The position numbers were made by a program, and so were the translations under genes. The notes below the pieces were generated by a model. The model saw only the letters and a list, made by a program, of their open reading frames with translations, was not told where the DNA came from and ran no database searches. This document shows positions 1 through 14,054 of a DNA stretch of 64,000 nucleotides, in pieces. Origin of the DNA: Eledone cirrhosa (taxonomy: Eukaryota); NCBI GenBank assembly GCA_964016885.1, contig OZ024747.1, positions 7,316,001 through 7,380,000 on the forward strand, given 5' to 3'. Position 1 is the stretch's first letter. The number at the start of each line of letters is the position of its first letter.

Positions 1-84
1 GAAAAAACAACGGAAAGACGGGACAGTCCCATCTCCTCAGTCAAACTGTTTAATAGACATACGTTGACCATGCCATCATCATCA

Positions 85-178
85 GTTAGTAGCAGTAGTA
101 GTGGTGGTGGTGGTCGTCGTCGTCGTGGTGCTTGTAGTTGTGGTAGTAGTAGTAGTGGTGTTGATGGTTGTGGTGGTG

Positions 179-220
<42 letters not shown>
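85..220. repeat. (GTA)n/(GTG)n microsatellite; other simple repeats at 3895-4090 (TACA)n, 13505-13672 (TG)n, 16800-17200 (TCTG/TCG), 41220-41420 (TA)n, 54186-54530
   Basis: direct reading. Confidence 0.9.
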
Positions 221-1613
221 ACCACTAGAATTTCGTGCAATCCGCTGCTTAGAATGGCCATTGTAGTTAGGAGCTGATGTAATGCAAAGGAATGCGCCGA
301 GCCAGCAGTCTCTTACTAAATAGGTCTCCTCTCTGTCTCTCTATCAGTCTATCTGTCTAGCTTCACTGACATCTCTTCCTGTGTCTTTCCGTACACATAC
401 TATCTTTCACTCTCAAACCAATCCTTTATGCAACCACACCTACACGCCCACACGCATGCACATACAGACATACATGCGTACGTGCACACGCATGCATACG
501 AGCTTCTTTGTAATCAGTTGTCCTGCTAGAAATAGCAGCTAAATCTCTCTTAAAAGCACATCTTTCAACTCGGTGAGCTTACAGTTAGTAAATGTAAACC
601 TAGAAAGATTATGTCTGAAAAAATAAAAAAATGAATAAAATATAAAAGAAGAAATGATTTTGACATGGGCCATTCCTATTCAGAGCTGACCGAGGGCTAA
701 AAAACAGAAACACTAGCATTACAAGAAATCTAGCAAATGGTGAGAAGGCGCCGCAGTAATAAGATATGTAACGACAACAACATGCAGAACAGTAGTAACA
801 ACACAAACATCACTGCTATCTCAACAATCACCACTATTGAGCAAAAGGGGAGCCTCTGCATGGTCACTCGAAATGCTAGAAATAGTAGTCCCATCATACA
901 CCCTACTGTCAAAAAAAAAAAGTTAGAAGACATAGCCTAATACCGGGACTTAAACAGATTATGTTCGTGTTAGACACCGTTGTGACTTCCGGTGACCTCT
1001 GGTGACCCCATGCGTCTTCGGACTCCGAACTACTATTATCCTTCGCCAAACTGAGAGGAAAGGGGTTAACGTACATCCCATTCGAGGAAAGAGCCCTCTT
1101 ATGATGAAGTGGTGGGTGTCGCTGGCTGTTATATGATAATAATAATTGTTTCTACTTTTGGCACAAGGCCAGCAATTACCCAGTGCATTACTGGTACTTT
1201 ATTTTATCGACCCCGTAAGGATGAAAGGCAAAGTTATATGATAATAATAATGCCTTCGGCATTTTGTCGAGGGAGTGCAGCTGAGTCCTACCGCCTAGAC
1301 TAGAGTGTAGAGTCATTCACGCTGTCCCACTTTTACCTTACTTTCACTATTTAAAGCGACCACTTAGAAGACATTACTTAGAGGCGATCACGTAGAGACG
1401 GCCGCGTAGGCCGACATACTGCGCTGTCTCTGTCTAAACTTTATTACGTTAGATAATGAGATTTCAGTCAGGTTGTGCAAATCAACTAAAGCATTTGGAA
1501 TTGCTCACTATAATCCCTTGAACAATGGCAATAACACACACATACGCACAGAGACACAGACACACTCATTCTTTCTCTCATACATTCACCCTCTTTCTCT
1601 TTCACTCTCCCCC

Positions 1614-1645
<32 letters not shown>

Positions 1646-3247
1646 CTGCAGGCCAAAGCACACCTGTACCAGATATACATACAGACTGTTTGTAGAGACA
1701 CGCAAGTTTTTTTGTTTTTTTTTTAATTAAAGCCAAACCAAATGAAATAACAGCCAAACCTCCCTGAATAGTTAAACAAAATATTTCGTCTTTAATTATC
1801 TAATGTTTTTCATTTAGTTTGGCTGGGGTTTTAAAATTGTCTAACTTTACGAACACCCTGTATAATGGATATTCGTGTACACAAAGAGAGAGAGAGAGTA
1901 CAATTGTATGCATTTTGTCAATAAGACATTGGCTTACTACCAGAACCACATTCTGGGCAGTAAGAGACCGAGAACATCTTCGCAATAGTGAATAGCAAGA
2001 CAAAGAGTCACACACAAGAATTCTCAACACTTTTTTTTCAATCCTCAGAATTTAAACCTTCTGGAATTTCTCTTTCTCACACACATATTTTTCCTGAAGA
2101 CATTGACTTATTCAGACTGATCAAAAACCGTATCAGTTTCACCACTTTACGAGGACATGTAAAGGTAATGAGTATTGTCCCTTCCTTCCGACAGAACCAT
2201 TATATGTAGATAGCAGGGAAATAGAAGTCTTGTGAATTTTACACTTGATACGTCGCCGTAGAGTTGTGTTGATTTGGTCACATAAATTTATGGAGAACAA
2301 TAGCATTCCAGAAATGTTGTTCTACAGTTAGATATCCTCATGAGGAAAGATCTGTGGAGAGATTCTTTCTTTGATATAAAGAATTTCATCAACCGACGAA
2401 CTAGCTATACCACCACGAAAACCTTTAGAGGATTGTATGAACACATTTCTAAAAAAAACGTAATGAGAGGCTCGTATCTCTGATGACATCAAACAAATTT
2501 CTCTGTAAAGCAAAAACTGCTCAGCTCGTGGAAACTTCTGCGACATTGAGCCAACGCAGTACCTCTTACAGAGTCGTTCCACCTACAATAAAAAGTAATT
2601 AAATCTTCCTAGAATCACGGCTTAAAGAAGCACACATTGAATCGTGTAGAGCGGCGGACGGGGAGACCTCCCACCCACTTTGGGGTGTGTGAGAGATGTC
2701 TTTTCTTGTGAAAATGGGTATAGCTTTCATCCTTACGGGGTCGATAAAATAAAGTACCAGTAATGCACTGGGTATTTGCTGGCCTTGTGCCTAAAGTAGA
2801 AACAATTATGTATAATATCCCAATTTGGGCTCATTTCTCCCCGTTTGGGGTACTTCTTTTCATGGTACACCTCATTTGGATTTTTAGAGGTTGGCAGCTC
2901 TGATGTTTGTTAATCAAAAGTAGGACTCTGATCTCAGCAGACATACATACACTCACTGCTACTGTATTCACATACAACCATGTACGCTAAAAAATCTAGA
3001 TCACATCTGCGTGACATTTTGACCCACATGAAAGCCCACAGTATCATATCTATGTCACCATAAGTGATCCATTTACCATACATGTACAACACTCACTTTC
3101 GTTGTTTTAGTTATTGTTGTTGTTTAACCTCTTGATCGAGATGACCTATAATGAAAGGTGTTCCGGCCACAATTATTCCATCCGTTTCTTTTTTTACTTC
3201 AAACAGAACTATATCGTTCATTTTATCCATTTTATCATAATCGTAGG

Positions 3248-3440
3248 CAGTGCCAGATTTACCATTGTGCTTAGGTGTGCTTAAGCACAGGGTCCCGTTG
3301 GCCGGAAATGGCGGGGGGGGGGGCATCTTCTTGTCCCCAAAAATATTTTTACCGGGTTTACCTCCTTCAAGACCCAAGTAAGGAGCCTCATAACTTAACT
3401 AACACAGAACCTCATTTCATTTGTCCTAAATCCGGCACTG
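3248..3440. mobile_element. hAT-type MITE
   Basis: TIRs CAGTGCCAGATTTA / TAAATCCGGCACTG; 8-bp TSD ATCGTAGG / GTTGTAGG (6/8 identical). Confidence 0.75.
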
Positions 3441-4119
3441 GTTGTAGGGTACGGTGTGGGAGAACTTTAGTTCCTGATTCAAACAGATCCATAGACTGCA
3501 GTAGATAGGCAAATTCGTAAATAGGCAATTCGAGTGGTAGACCAAACTTCTGCGGTATTTAGAGGCGAACCTTTATATCAGAGCGTCTGACTAAATTTGT
3601 CGCAAGCTGCCCAGGCCTGACGTAGAATCTCTCCCGTTAACTCCTCATGCTCTGCTGCTTTCATACCTGCTATTCTATTTCTATTCATTAATAACATTTA
3701 TTCTTTTATTCCTTCACTTCTTTGGGGGGGGGGGGGTTGCTTTGATTTGTTTGTTGTTGGGGTTTTTTTTTTGTCGATATTCGAATGCCACATGTAATCT
3801 ATTTAAATATTTATCCATTTAAATATTTATGATGAGAAATGGTGACAGATTGTGAAGAAGTTAAATGATCGTAAACATAAGAAAAAAAGAAATGATACAT
3901 ACATACATACACATACATGGTTACATACATATATTTATACATACATGCGTTCATACATACATACATATACATACATGGTTACGTACATGCATACATATAT
4001 GCATACATACATACACACATGCATACATACATACACGCATATATACATACATACATACATACATACATACATACATACATACATACATACAAGAGAAATA
4101 AATAGTGTAGATAGATAGA

Positions 4120-6339
4120 TTTTTTTATTAGCCACAAGGGCGCAACAAGAAAAGGGGACAATACAAAGACATGCCGGGGATTTTACATACAGTCGTGTAA
4201 AAAATATAAAAACAAACAATTTCAACAATCGAAATCCCCAATAGGGGGGAGGCGCCACAAATGGGTTGTTTAATACCCCGTCGATAGAACAACCCTCAAC
4301 TCCAGGAGCGTGTTGTGCAAGTGCTCCTTTCTTCCTTTTGCTCTCTTCCTCAACCTACAGGCTTATAAACAGAGAAGGCCCAATCACTCGGGCCATTTTC
4401 GCTTCATTCACCCACCTTTCAGTAAATTTACTGGGGTGCAGCGCCTCTCTCTCCACCCTGATTCTCCTTCTAAAGTGATACTTAAAGAAGGGAATCAATT
4501 GTTGTCCGGAGAGAAAGATATCTGTCCTCAGTCCTCTCAACCTCGTCCACCATATAACTTCTTTCACCATAGCCACCGTACAGAGGAAAGCCGCCTCTCT
4601 TTCGTTTTTGAAAGAGGCTGGCGGTTTGATCCTTACTATGGACTCGGCAGTCAACTGGATTTGTCCCATACGCGACAGCAGTTGTTCTGCATAGTTCCAC
4701 GGGTCGGTTACGCCCGGGCAGTGTACAATTGCGTGCAGGACTGTTTCAATGTCCTGCGCGCATCTTGGACACGTCCTCTTGTAAGGATCCCTGCCGGGGC
4801 GTCCGTGCCTGTAGATCTTGTCACGAACCGGTAGAGCTCCTCGGTAGCACTGCTATAGATCCCGGGCGGAAAGTCCTACCAAACAGACTGGTGAGCTCAT
4901 CGTCTTCGACGCCCAGAGTCTCTCCGAGCACGTCGTCGCCCTTGTAACGTACAATCCCTCTATAGAATGTCGAAGTGGAGTCTCCACTGATTGCTGCGCC
5001 CGCTTGCCAGAGGACTGTGAGCGCCTGAGCGCATTCAATGTGCCAGGCGCCCATCGTTTTCGGTCTTTTCTTCACCCAGGACTGCAGCTCCGTTAGCGAG
5101 ACGAGCTGTGGGAAAGCCTGTCTCACAAACGGTGCCCACACCGGTTGGGGGTCGGTGAGGAATACCTGGAGATGTCGCAGCCTCAGCGCATGTTTGCGCA
5201 TCATCAGCCACGGCATTCCCAGCCCTCCGTTGGAAGGGTGCTGACAGCAGACGGATCTCCTCACCAGCGGAGCCTGCTTCTTCCACAGAAACTGGAAGAG
5301 CATGCGTTCCATCTTGGCGAGGTGTTCACGGGGACAAGGCACGACAGTCAAGCGGTAGTAGATGACGGACTCTATGAAAGTGTTCGCCACCTCCGCTCGA
5401 CCTTTCAAGGACAGTTTGCACTCTGCCCACTTCTGGGTGAGTGCAAATACCTTGGCCGTGACCTCGTTCCAGTTTTTCTCCACCTGGAGGTCTGGACCGA
5501 ACCAGACCCAGAGCAATTTCCCCGGTCCGTCCGTCCAGCGTCCAACGACGCTGTCGGGCGTCATCGGTTTGCCTCTCCACATACCGAGTTGCAAACCGAA
5601 AGACTTGTCCGGGTTTAGTTTTGCTCCCGTCAGCGTTTCGTATTCTTTCAGTAAGTTGCCGATCACCCCGATTTCCGAGGTGCTCGACACCATTACCGTC
5701 ACGCCGTCGGCACAAGCCGACGCCGCTTTGCGCAGTCCCGGTTCTAGAGGGATGCCCTGCAACAGCTCTTATTTCCTCAGTAATGGTTCTAGAGTCAATA
5801 CAATCAGAATGAAGGAGAGAGGGCACCCCTGTCGAATGGAACGCGTGATTGCAAAAGGCTCCGATAGGTAGCCGTTCACCTTGACTCTCGAGCAGATGCT
5901 GGTGTGCATCGCCTCGATCCATCCTCTGAACACGAGACCGAAACCGGCCGCCTTGAGAACCGCTTCCAAGTATCGATGGTGGACCCTATCGAATGCCTTA
6001 GACTGATCCAAGTTGATCAGATCCCCACTGAAGCCGGGTTTATTACCCACCCTCTCTATGATGTATCGCATGAGGTGGAGTTTGTCGTGCATGGACCTGG
6101 TCGGGATTGCACACGTTTGCGCTTTCCCTACCAGGTTCTCGACGACAAGCGCCAACCTCGTCGCTAGCACCTTGGCCAAAATCTTTAACTCTGTGTTGAG
6201 CAGAGTTATGGGCCTGAAGTTGTTAATTTCGTCCCCCTTGTTCTCGTCTTCCCTGATCAGCGTTACTACGCCCTTGCCTGCAGAACTGGGAATTCTCCCG
6301 TTCTGCTGCCAATTGCAGTAGACGGCTTCGAGGACGCCA
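4120..6339 (-). mobile_element. 5'-truncated, inactivated Tx1/L1-clade non-LTR retrotransposon (RT, thumb, zf-RVT-type CCHC, 3' UTR)
   Basis: RPITLLNTELKILAKVLA, LDQSKAFDRVHH, RQGCPLS, catalytic YADD decayed to CADG, GGLGMP, CPRCAQDIETVLHAIVHCP; in-frame stop at 5769-5771; 3' end AATAAAAAAA abuts (TCTA)n. Confidence 0.92.
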
Positions 6340-6375
6340 GAGACAGATAGACAGACAGACAGATAGATAGATAGA

Positions 6376-6658
6376 TTTCTTTATTTACCATAAAGGCATA
6401 AAAAGAAGGGACAAATACAAAGGGGGAGTTTACATGAAATCGAGTAAAAAGGGTATAAAATGAAAATAATCGAAAACAACCTCAAACAGACAAATAGATA
6501 GATAGATATATTTCTTTATTTGTCACAAGGGCGCACAAGAAAAGGGGACAATACAAAGACATATGCCGGGGATTTTACATACAGTCGTGTAAAAAAAAAT
6601 ATAAAACAAACAATTATAACAATCGAAATCCCCTATAGGGGGGGAGGGGGAGGGGGGA
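6376..6658 (-). mobile_element. Two further short 3'-end fragments of the same or a related Tx1-like family, each separated by (GATA)n
   Basis: 6511-6640 closely matches 4121-4250 (CACAAGGGCGCA..AAGAAAAGGGGACAATACAAAGAC..GCCGGGGATTTTACATACAGTCGTGTAAAA); 6376-6485 is a more diverged version. Confidence 0.8.
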
Positions 6659-6899
6659 TGGATAGATAGCCGTGACTGTATACGCATGATTGAAGTATAA
6701 GCCGGTAGCAGTGACATATCTAAGCACACCGTGACCCGGACATATCTAATTGCATACGTGCATCGACAAAGGCACAACCGTTAATCTGGCATTCATAATG
6801 ATTATATCTGCTCCTCAGCCAACTGTCTAATTGCACAGGTTCACATGCATGAACGGCGCTATGGATGCATACTGATATAACACGTACTAACGTTTACAA

Positions 6900-7081
6900 T
6901 ATACACACACATGCACACACACACAAGCAATAATGCGCATACCCACACACTTGCTCTCTCTCTCTCACGCTCTTTTTCACTCTTTCTTTCTCTCTCTCTC
7001 TTTCGCTCTCCCTTTCTCTTCTCCCCACTCTCTCTCCTCTTTCCTTCTCCCTTTCTCTCTATCTCTGTCACGCTCTCCCCC

Positions 7082-7113
<32 letters not shown>

Positions 7114-7289
7114 TACACATGCACACACACACACACAAGCAATAATGCACATACCCACACACTTGCTCTCTCTCTCTCTCTCTCACACACACATACACAT
7201 GCACACACACACACACACAAGCAATAATGCACATACCCACACACTTGCTCTCTCCCTCTCTCTCTCTCTCACGCTCTTTTTCACTCTTT

Positions 7290-7339
<50 letters not shown>

Positions 7340-7414
7340 GCTCTCCCTTTCTCTTCTCCCCACTCTCTCTCCTCTTTTGTTCTCCCTTTCTCTCTATCTC
7401 TCTCACGCTCTCCC

Positions 7415-7463
<49 letters not shown>

Positions 7464-8100
7464 ACACATGCACACACACACACACAAGCAATAATGCACA
7501 TACCCACACACTTGCTCTCTCTTTCTCTCTCTCACGCTCTTTTTCACTCTCTCCCACACACACACACACACACACATACACATGTACACACGCAAGCCCA
7601 CACATACCCACACAAATACTTTCACACTCTCTTTCTCTCGCTCTCTTTCACACATACACATGCACACACCTACACACATATATGTACTTCAATACACACA
7701 CATGCATACACCTACGTACATACTTTCACATACACACACAAACACGTACAGCCCTACTAACACACACACAGAGCACTCAACACACGTACATGCTTTCGTA
7801 CATACTATTACACACACACACGTATATACTCACATAAGTACACACGTATATATACACACACACACACACACACACATATATACACACAAATGTACACACA
7901 CACGTATATACACACATATATACACACATATGTACACACACACGTATACATACACACACACATATATACACACAAATGTACACACACACACACACGCGTA
8001 TATACACACATATATACACACAAATGTACACACACACGTATATACACACATATATACACACATATGTACACACACGTATATATACACGTATGTACACTCA
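6900..8100. repeat. Compound (CT)n/(CA)n/(TACA) array with four copies of CAAGCAATAATGCACATACCCACACACTTGCTC
   Basis: direct reading; local tandem duplications of a microsatellite-bounded unit. Confidence 0.9.
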
Positions 8101-8212
8101 CTCATGTTACACCATCAGATAATTTTTGCACAAGAGTGTGCGTGCTTCGTCATCACGTGCAACGCAACTGTTGGCTTTTGCACGAGTTTCATTCGCATGT
8201 TCTCTCCCCTAC

Positions 8213-10560
8213 TCCACCACCACCGCCACCACCGCTACAGCCATCACAACCACCGCCACCACCACCGCCACCACCGCTACAGCCATCACTACCACCGCCA
8301 CCACAACCACTACAGCCATCACTACCACCACCACCACCACCGCCACCACCGCTACAGCCATCACTACCACCGCCACCACAACCACCGCCACCACCGCTAC
8401 AGCCATCACTACCACCGCCACCACCACCACTACAGCCATCACTACCACCGCCACCACCACCACTACAGCCATCACTACCACCGCCACCACAACCACCGCC
8501 ACCACCGCTACAGCCATCACTACCACCGCCACCACCACCACTACAGCCATCACTACCACCGCCACCACAACCACCGCCACCACCGCTATAGCCATCACTA
8601 CCACCGCCACCACCACCACTACAGCCATCACTACCACCGCCACCACAACCACCGCCACCACCGCTACAGCCATCACTACCACCGCCACCACCACCACTAC
8701 AGCCATCACTACCACCGCCACCACAACCACCGCCACCACCGCTATAGCCATCACTACCACCGCCACCACCACCACTACAGCCATCACTACCACCGCCACC
8801 ACCACCACCGCCACCACCGCTACAGCCATCACTACCACCGCCACCACCGCTACAGCCATCACAACCACCGCCACCACCACCACTACAGCCATCACTACCA
8901 CCGCCACCACCACTACAGCCATCACTACCACCGCCACCACCACCACTACAGCCATCACTACCACCGCCACCACAACCACCGCCACCACCGCTATAGCCAT
9001 CACTACCACCGCCACCACCACCACTACAGCCATCACTACCACCGCCACCACAACCACCGCCACCACCGCTACAGCCATCACTACCACCGCCACCACCACC
9101 ACTACAGCCATCACTACCACCGCCACCACCACCACCGCCACCACCGCTACAGCCATCACTACCACCGCCACCACCGCTACAGCCATCACAACCACCGCCA
9201 CCACCACCACTACAGCCATCACTACCACCGCCACCACCACCACTACAGCCATCACTACCACCGCCATACCACCACCACTACAACCCCTACCTTCGTCACC
9301 ACCACCATACCACCACCACCTTCACCGCCAACAGTGCCACCACCGCCACAACTAACTTCTTCACCATATGATTACCACTACTACCACCACCACCGCGGCC
9401 GCCACCACCATCACCACCCCACCACTGCCACAACTACCACTAGCCGTATCACCATGTGATCACCATTACAACCACCAACACCACACAACCCCCATCACCA
9501 CCACCACCACACACCCCCATCACCACCCAACCCCCATCACCACCAATACCACACAACCCCCATCACTACCACCACCACAACCCCACCACCACCACACAAC
9601 CCCCATCACCACCACCACCACACAATCCCCATCACTACCACCACCACACAACCCCCATCACCACCCAACCCCCATCACCACCAACACCACACACCCCCAT
9701 CACCACCCAACCCCCATCACCACCAACACCACACAACCCCCATCACTACCACCACACAACCCCCATCACCACCACCACCACACAATCCCCATCACTACCA
9801 CCACCAACACCACACAACCCCCATCACTACCACCACCACAACCCCACCACCACCACCACACAACCCCCATCACCACCACCACCACACAATCCCCATCACT
9901 ACCACCACCACCACACCACCCCCATCGCCACCACCACGCTATCCCCATCACCATCACCAGGCCATGTGACCCCCCCCCCCATCACCACCACCACCCTCAT
10001 CACCACCACCACCACCACACCACCTCGCCATGTGACCACCACCACCTCCTCGCCATGTGACCACCACCACCACCACCACCACACCACCCTCATCACCACC
10101 ACCACCACCACACCACTCTCATCACCACCACCTCCTCGCCATGTGACCACCACCACCACCACACCACCCTCATCACCACCACCTCGCCATGTGACCACCA
10201 CCATCACCACCACCACCACATACCACCCTCATCACCACCACCTCGCCATGTGACCACCACCATCACCACCACCACCACATACCACCCTCATCACCACCAC
10301 CTCACCATGTGACCACCACCATCACCACCACCACCACCATATCACCCTCATCACCACCACCTCCTCGCCATGTGACCACCACCACCACCACACCACCCTC
10401 ATCACCACCACCTCGCCATGTGACCACCACCATCACCACCACCACCACATACCACCCTCATCACCACCACCTCGCCATGTGACCACCACCATCACCACCA
10501 CCACCATACCACCCTCATCACCACCACCTCGCCATGTGACCACTACCACTTCCAACAACT
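8213..10560. repeat. Compound (CAC)n-derived minisatellite blocks
   Basis: units CTACAGCCATCACTACCACCGCCACCAC.. (8213-9266), ACACAACCCCCATCAC.. (9480-9950), CTCGCCATGTGACCACC.. (9960-10545). Confidence 0.95.
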
Positions 10561-11289
10561 AACATCCCGGAACAACTATATTGAAGTAATATCGCCTCTC
10601 GTCTGCTACGTTGGTGGTAGTGATAACATTTTATTCAGAGGAATGAAAATACACCAAATTATACAATAGAAAGAAAAGAAAACAAATAGCAAAAAATAAG
10701 GGAAAATGAGAGACGGCACAGCAGACTCTTCACCCCAGTCTGGGCGGTATATCTCGGACAAGATGGCGAAGGTACTGCTGCAGATAACAGCCAGAGACAC
10801 TCCCAGCATCAGCCATTCCACCACATGGGAGCTCTTTCCTCGGGCGGGATGGTCTTCTGCCGATTTTGCGGAGGAAAACGGCAGTTTGGGAACTGAGGAC
10901 AACGTTGTCGTTGTTGGTGGTGGTGGTGGTGGTGGTGGTGGTGCTGGCGGTCGTGTCGGTGTTGGTGCTAGTATAAATGAAGCAATTATGATATAGTTAA
11001 GAGAAAAACGTGATGGTGTTATTGTTTAACCATAGGGGCAACCTCTGATCGAGCAGACCTATGTTCAAACTAAAGTCTAAAGTCTGTTTCGAGCCCGGAA
11101 GTTCATACGAGGCGTTAAGTGACTGAGAGTTAAACCACCAGTTATTGCTGGAACTCATCAGCTGAATATACTGGAGCAACGTGAAATGAAGTGTTGCCCA
11201 GTCCAGGAATCGAACCCACGACATTACGATCGTAAGTCCAACACCCTTACCACTAGGCCACAAATGGTCCAACGGTTGTGGTGGGAAAG

Positions 11290-11727
11290 GCGATAGTGAT
11301 GATTGTAGTGGCGATTATGGTGGTGGTGGTGGTGACGATTGTTGTAGTGGCGATTATGGTGGTGGTGGTGGTGACGATTGTTGTAGTGGCGATTATGGTG
11401 GTGGTGGTGGTGACGATTGTTGTAGTGGAGATTACGGTGGTGGTGGTGGTGACGATTGTTGTAGTGGAGATTATGGTGGTGGTGGTGGTGACGATTGTTG
11501 TAGTGGCGATTATGGTGGTGGTGGTGACGATTGTTGTAGTGGAGATTATGGTGGTGGTGGTGGTGACGATTGTTGTAGTGGAGATTATGGTGGTGGTGGT
11601 GGTGACGATTGTTGTAGTGGAGATTACGGTGGTGGTGGTGGTGACGATTGTTGTAGTGGAGATTATGGTGGTGGTGGTGGTGACGATTGTTGTAGTGGAG
11701 ATTACGGTGGTGGTGGTGGTGGTGGGG
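11290..11727. repeat. 39-bp minisatellite, about 11 units
   Basis: ACGATTGTTGTAGTGG(C/A)GATTA(T/C)GGTGGTGGTGGTGGTG. Confidence 0.95.
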
Positions 11728-12751
11728 GTGCTTTAGTGGTGGTGATGGCGATGATGTAGACAGGAGAGACAAACCAAGAGTGGTAGTGATAGAGTTGAGC
11801 TGCCATAAACGAAGATGCTAGCTTTAAAACTTGTTGCATTTAACCGGGTTTATATCGAGAGATTGTCCAAGCTGTGGAGAATCGTGTTTAGAGATATTTT
11901 TCATAACATTCCCTGCAATGAAAGAGTCAGTGGCGGAAATATTACGAGGAAAGCATTTCTACAAAAAGCACGTGTAGCCACCACGACTGAAAACATATTT
12001 CATTTGACCCAGTACTCTTTACAATATCACTATACGATTAATCTACCATTGGTACTCGAGAGGTGGAATATATCTTCGAGAGAAGAAATGGTATAATTCT
12101 AGGGCGACACCCCTACTATTCTATATGGGTGAGCTGTTTCCCTTTGAAGGACCAAGACAGGTTAAGATAATCTATTAGATTAGTTGAAGTGTATATTTTA
12201 GAAGTTCGTATATGAAATTAAAGAGTCGTGAAAGTAGGGGTCAATCACTGTAGGGCAAACTAAAGAATCAGAAAACCGGAGTAGGCTCCAGAATGTCGGT
12301 GATGAGGTTAAAACTATTGCCAAATACATAAATATAGAAAAGAAAGTTGAGTGCCAAGCCAAACGGGATGCATTTTTATAATACCGAAAGACCATAAAGT
12401 TGACCTTGTTAATAGACTCTGCTGTAGGTTAGGACTAATCAGTGAGAGAATGTTATATCTATCATAACTGTAGATCACAATATACGGCATCACATTGTGT
12501 AAGGCGGGTTTCTAGATTTTTCGATCGTTTCATGGTGTGTATATTATCCTCATTTGTGACCGTATCACTGTTAAAATATCCTATCAAACTGGTCTCTCTT
12601 TTCTTGCAATATTATAATGATCTTGTATAGCGATATTTTGTTTAGCGCTGCAGTTTTGGGAACTTACTCAGCGCCCTAACTGGGGCATATGTGTGTATAT
12701 ACATATATAAACATTCATACATAAATATATGGCTTCCGCGCGTGTGTGTGT

Positions 12752-13365
12752 GTGTGTGTGTCACACAAATGTCGTTATGGAGCTGTCACCGATGAGTTCG
12801 GCCTGCACCTACTATCATGCCGCCAGACGCATGCCGATCCCCCCGATATGCCGCTCTGAATGTCATGATGAGAAGGAGGCCGAGGCGTTGAACCACTCCG
12901 AGGTGAGTACATTCGTCATCAAGAAGGGTACCGGTTGATAGTGAAGGCACCAAATTGAGCCAGACGCCGCTGTTTGGCTGCGATGCGGGACGGAGGCAGG
13001 CGAAGCGGTGTTGGTCCAAGCCAGACTCAATTCGCCTGAAGATAAACCTGCACCCAGTTACATTGGACATTTGTATACTAGAGACGGTGAGGCCTTCGTT
13101 GTTCCAGCGTCTGCTCCAGTTCTTGGTTCAGTCAGGTTGTCCCGTTTTGCTGAGGACCTCATTGATGAGATGCGACTCGGGGAGAATGAAGAGAGGTAGG
13201 CGAGCAGTGCCAGATCTGATGTAGATCGGGGACCGAAGTCACCGAACCTCACAGGGAGCTTCGCCTGTTGCCAACCGGTGCTATCGAAATTGATATTGCA
13301 GATGAGTTCCACACAGCGTCGGATGGTGGTATCGAGTTCGCCGAGGCGATCTGCGACAGGGTGAC
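12752..13365 (-). mobile_element. Decayed CRE-clade (restriction-like endonuclease type) non-LTR retrotransposon fragment with an inverted 3' piece
   Basis: minus strand: ELICNINFDSTGWQQAKLPVRFGDFGPRSTSDLALLAYLSS and SQPNSGVWLNLVPSLSTGTLLDDE..QRLGL; plus strand 12752-12875: VCVSHKCRYGAVTDEFGLHLLSCR..PRYAALNVMMRR (CCHC knuckle). Confidence 0.8.
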
Positions 13366-14014
13366 ATATATATATATATACACTTTAGTAGAAAATCTGT
13401 TGATAAAATCTTTTGATGAAGCAATGACGTTACAGATAAGACGCGGAGACGTCACAAATAAAACGCAATGATGTCACAAAGCTACAGCCCAAAATACATG
13501 TCATGTGTTTGTGTGTGTGTGTGTGTGCCTGTGTATGTATGTTTGTGTGTGTGTGTGTGTGTGTGCCTGTGTATGTATGTGTGTGTGTGTGTGTGTGTCC
13601 CTATGTATGTGTGTGTGTGTGTCCCTATGTATGTGTGTGTGTGCGTGTCTGTATATGTGTGTGTGTGTGTGTATTGTCAGTTCTCGCTTTACATAGTTGA
13701 GAAGTTTAACTTCAAGTGATATGATATAAAGTAAAACTAATTTTACCACAGACTATAATATAAACAAGAGTTACGTTTCTACGCTATTCCCATAGTCACC
13801 AAACCTCTGAATAAGGACTCAAAACACTTCTAATATTAAACATTGGTATTTTAAGTGGTGTGCAAACATTTAAGAAAGGTTGATAAAAAAAGATTAATAT
13901 TTACTTTAAAAAAACACATATCCAAGGTTTGTTGTAGTCAGTAGCGTGGCTAGGAGGGGGCGAAGTGCTGTCTGCCCCCGGTGATTATTTTATGGGGGTG
14001 GCACATTTGGAACG

Positions 14015-14054
<40 letters not shown>

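Noticed and set aside
3111-3377. 88-aa ORF with PPPPP
   Set aside because: About half of it lies in a hAT MITE defined by TIRs and TSD; chimeric frame
6911-10253. His-, Thr-, Pro- or Val-rich ORFs (625, 409, 352 aa)
   Set aside because: Open in multiple frames on both strands because of the (CAC)n minisatellite; no unique coding sequence or credible splice context
11290-11727. Regular repeat array resembling CRISPR (also 17372-17546)
   Set aside because: Tandem units without unique spacers, no cas genes, eukaryotic context
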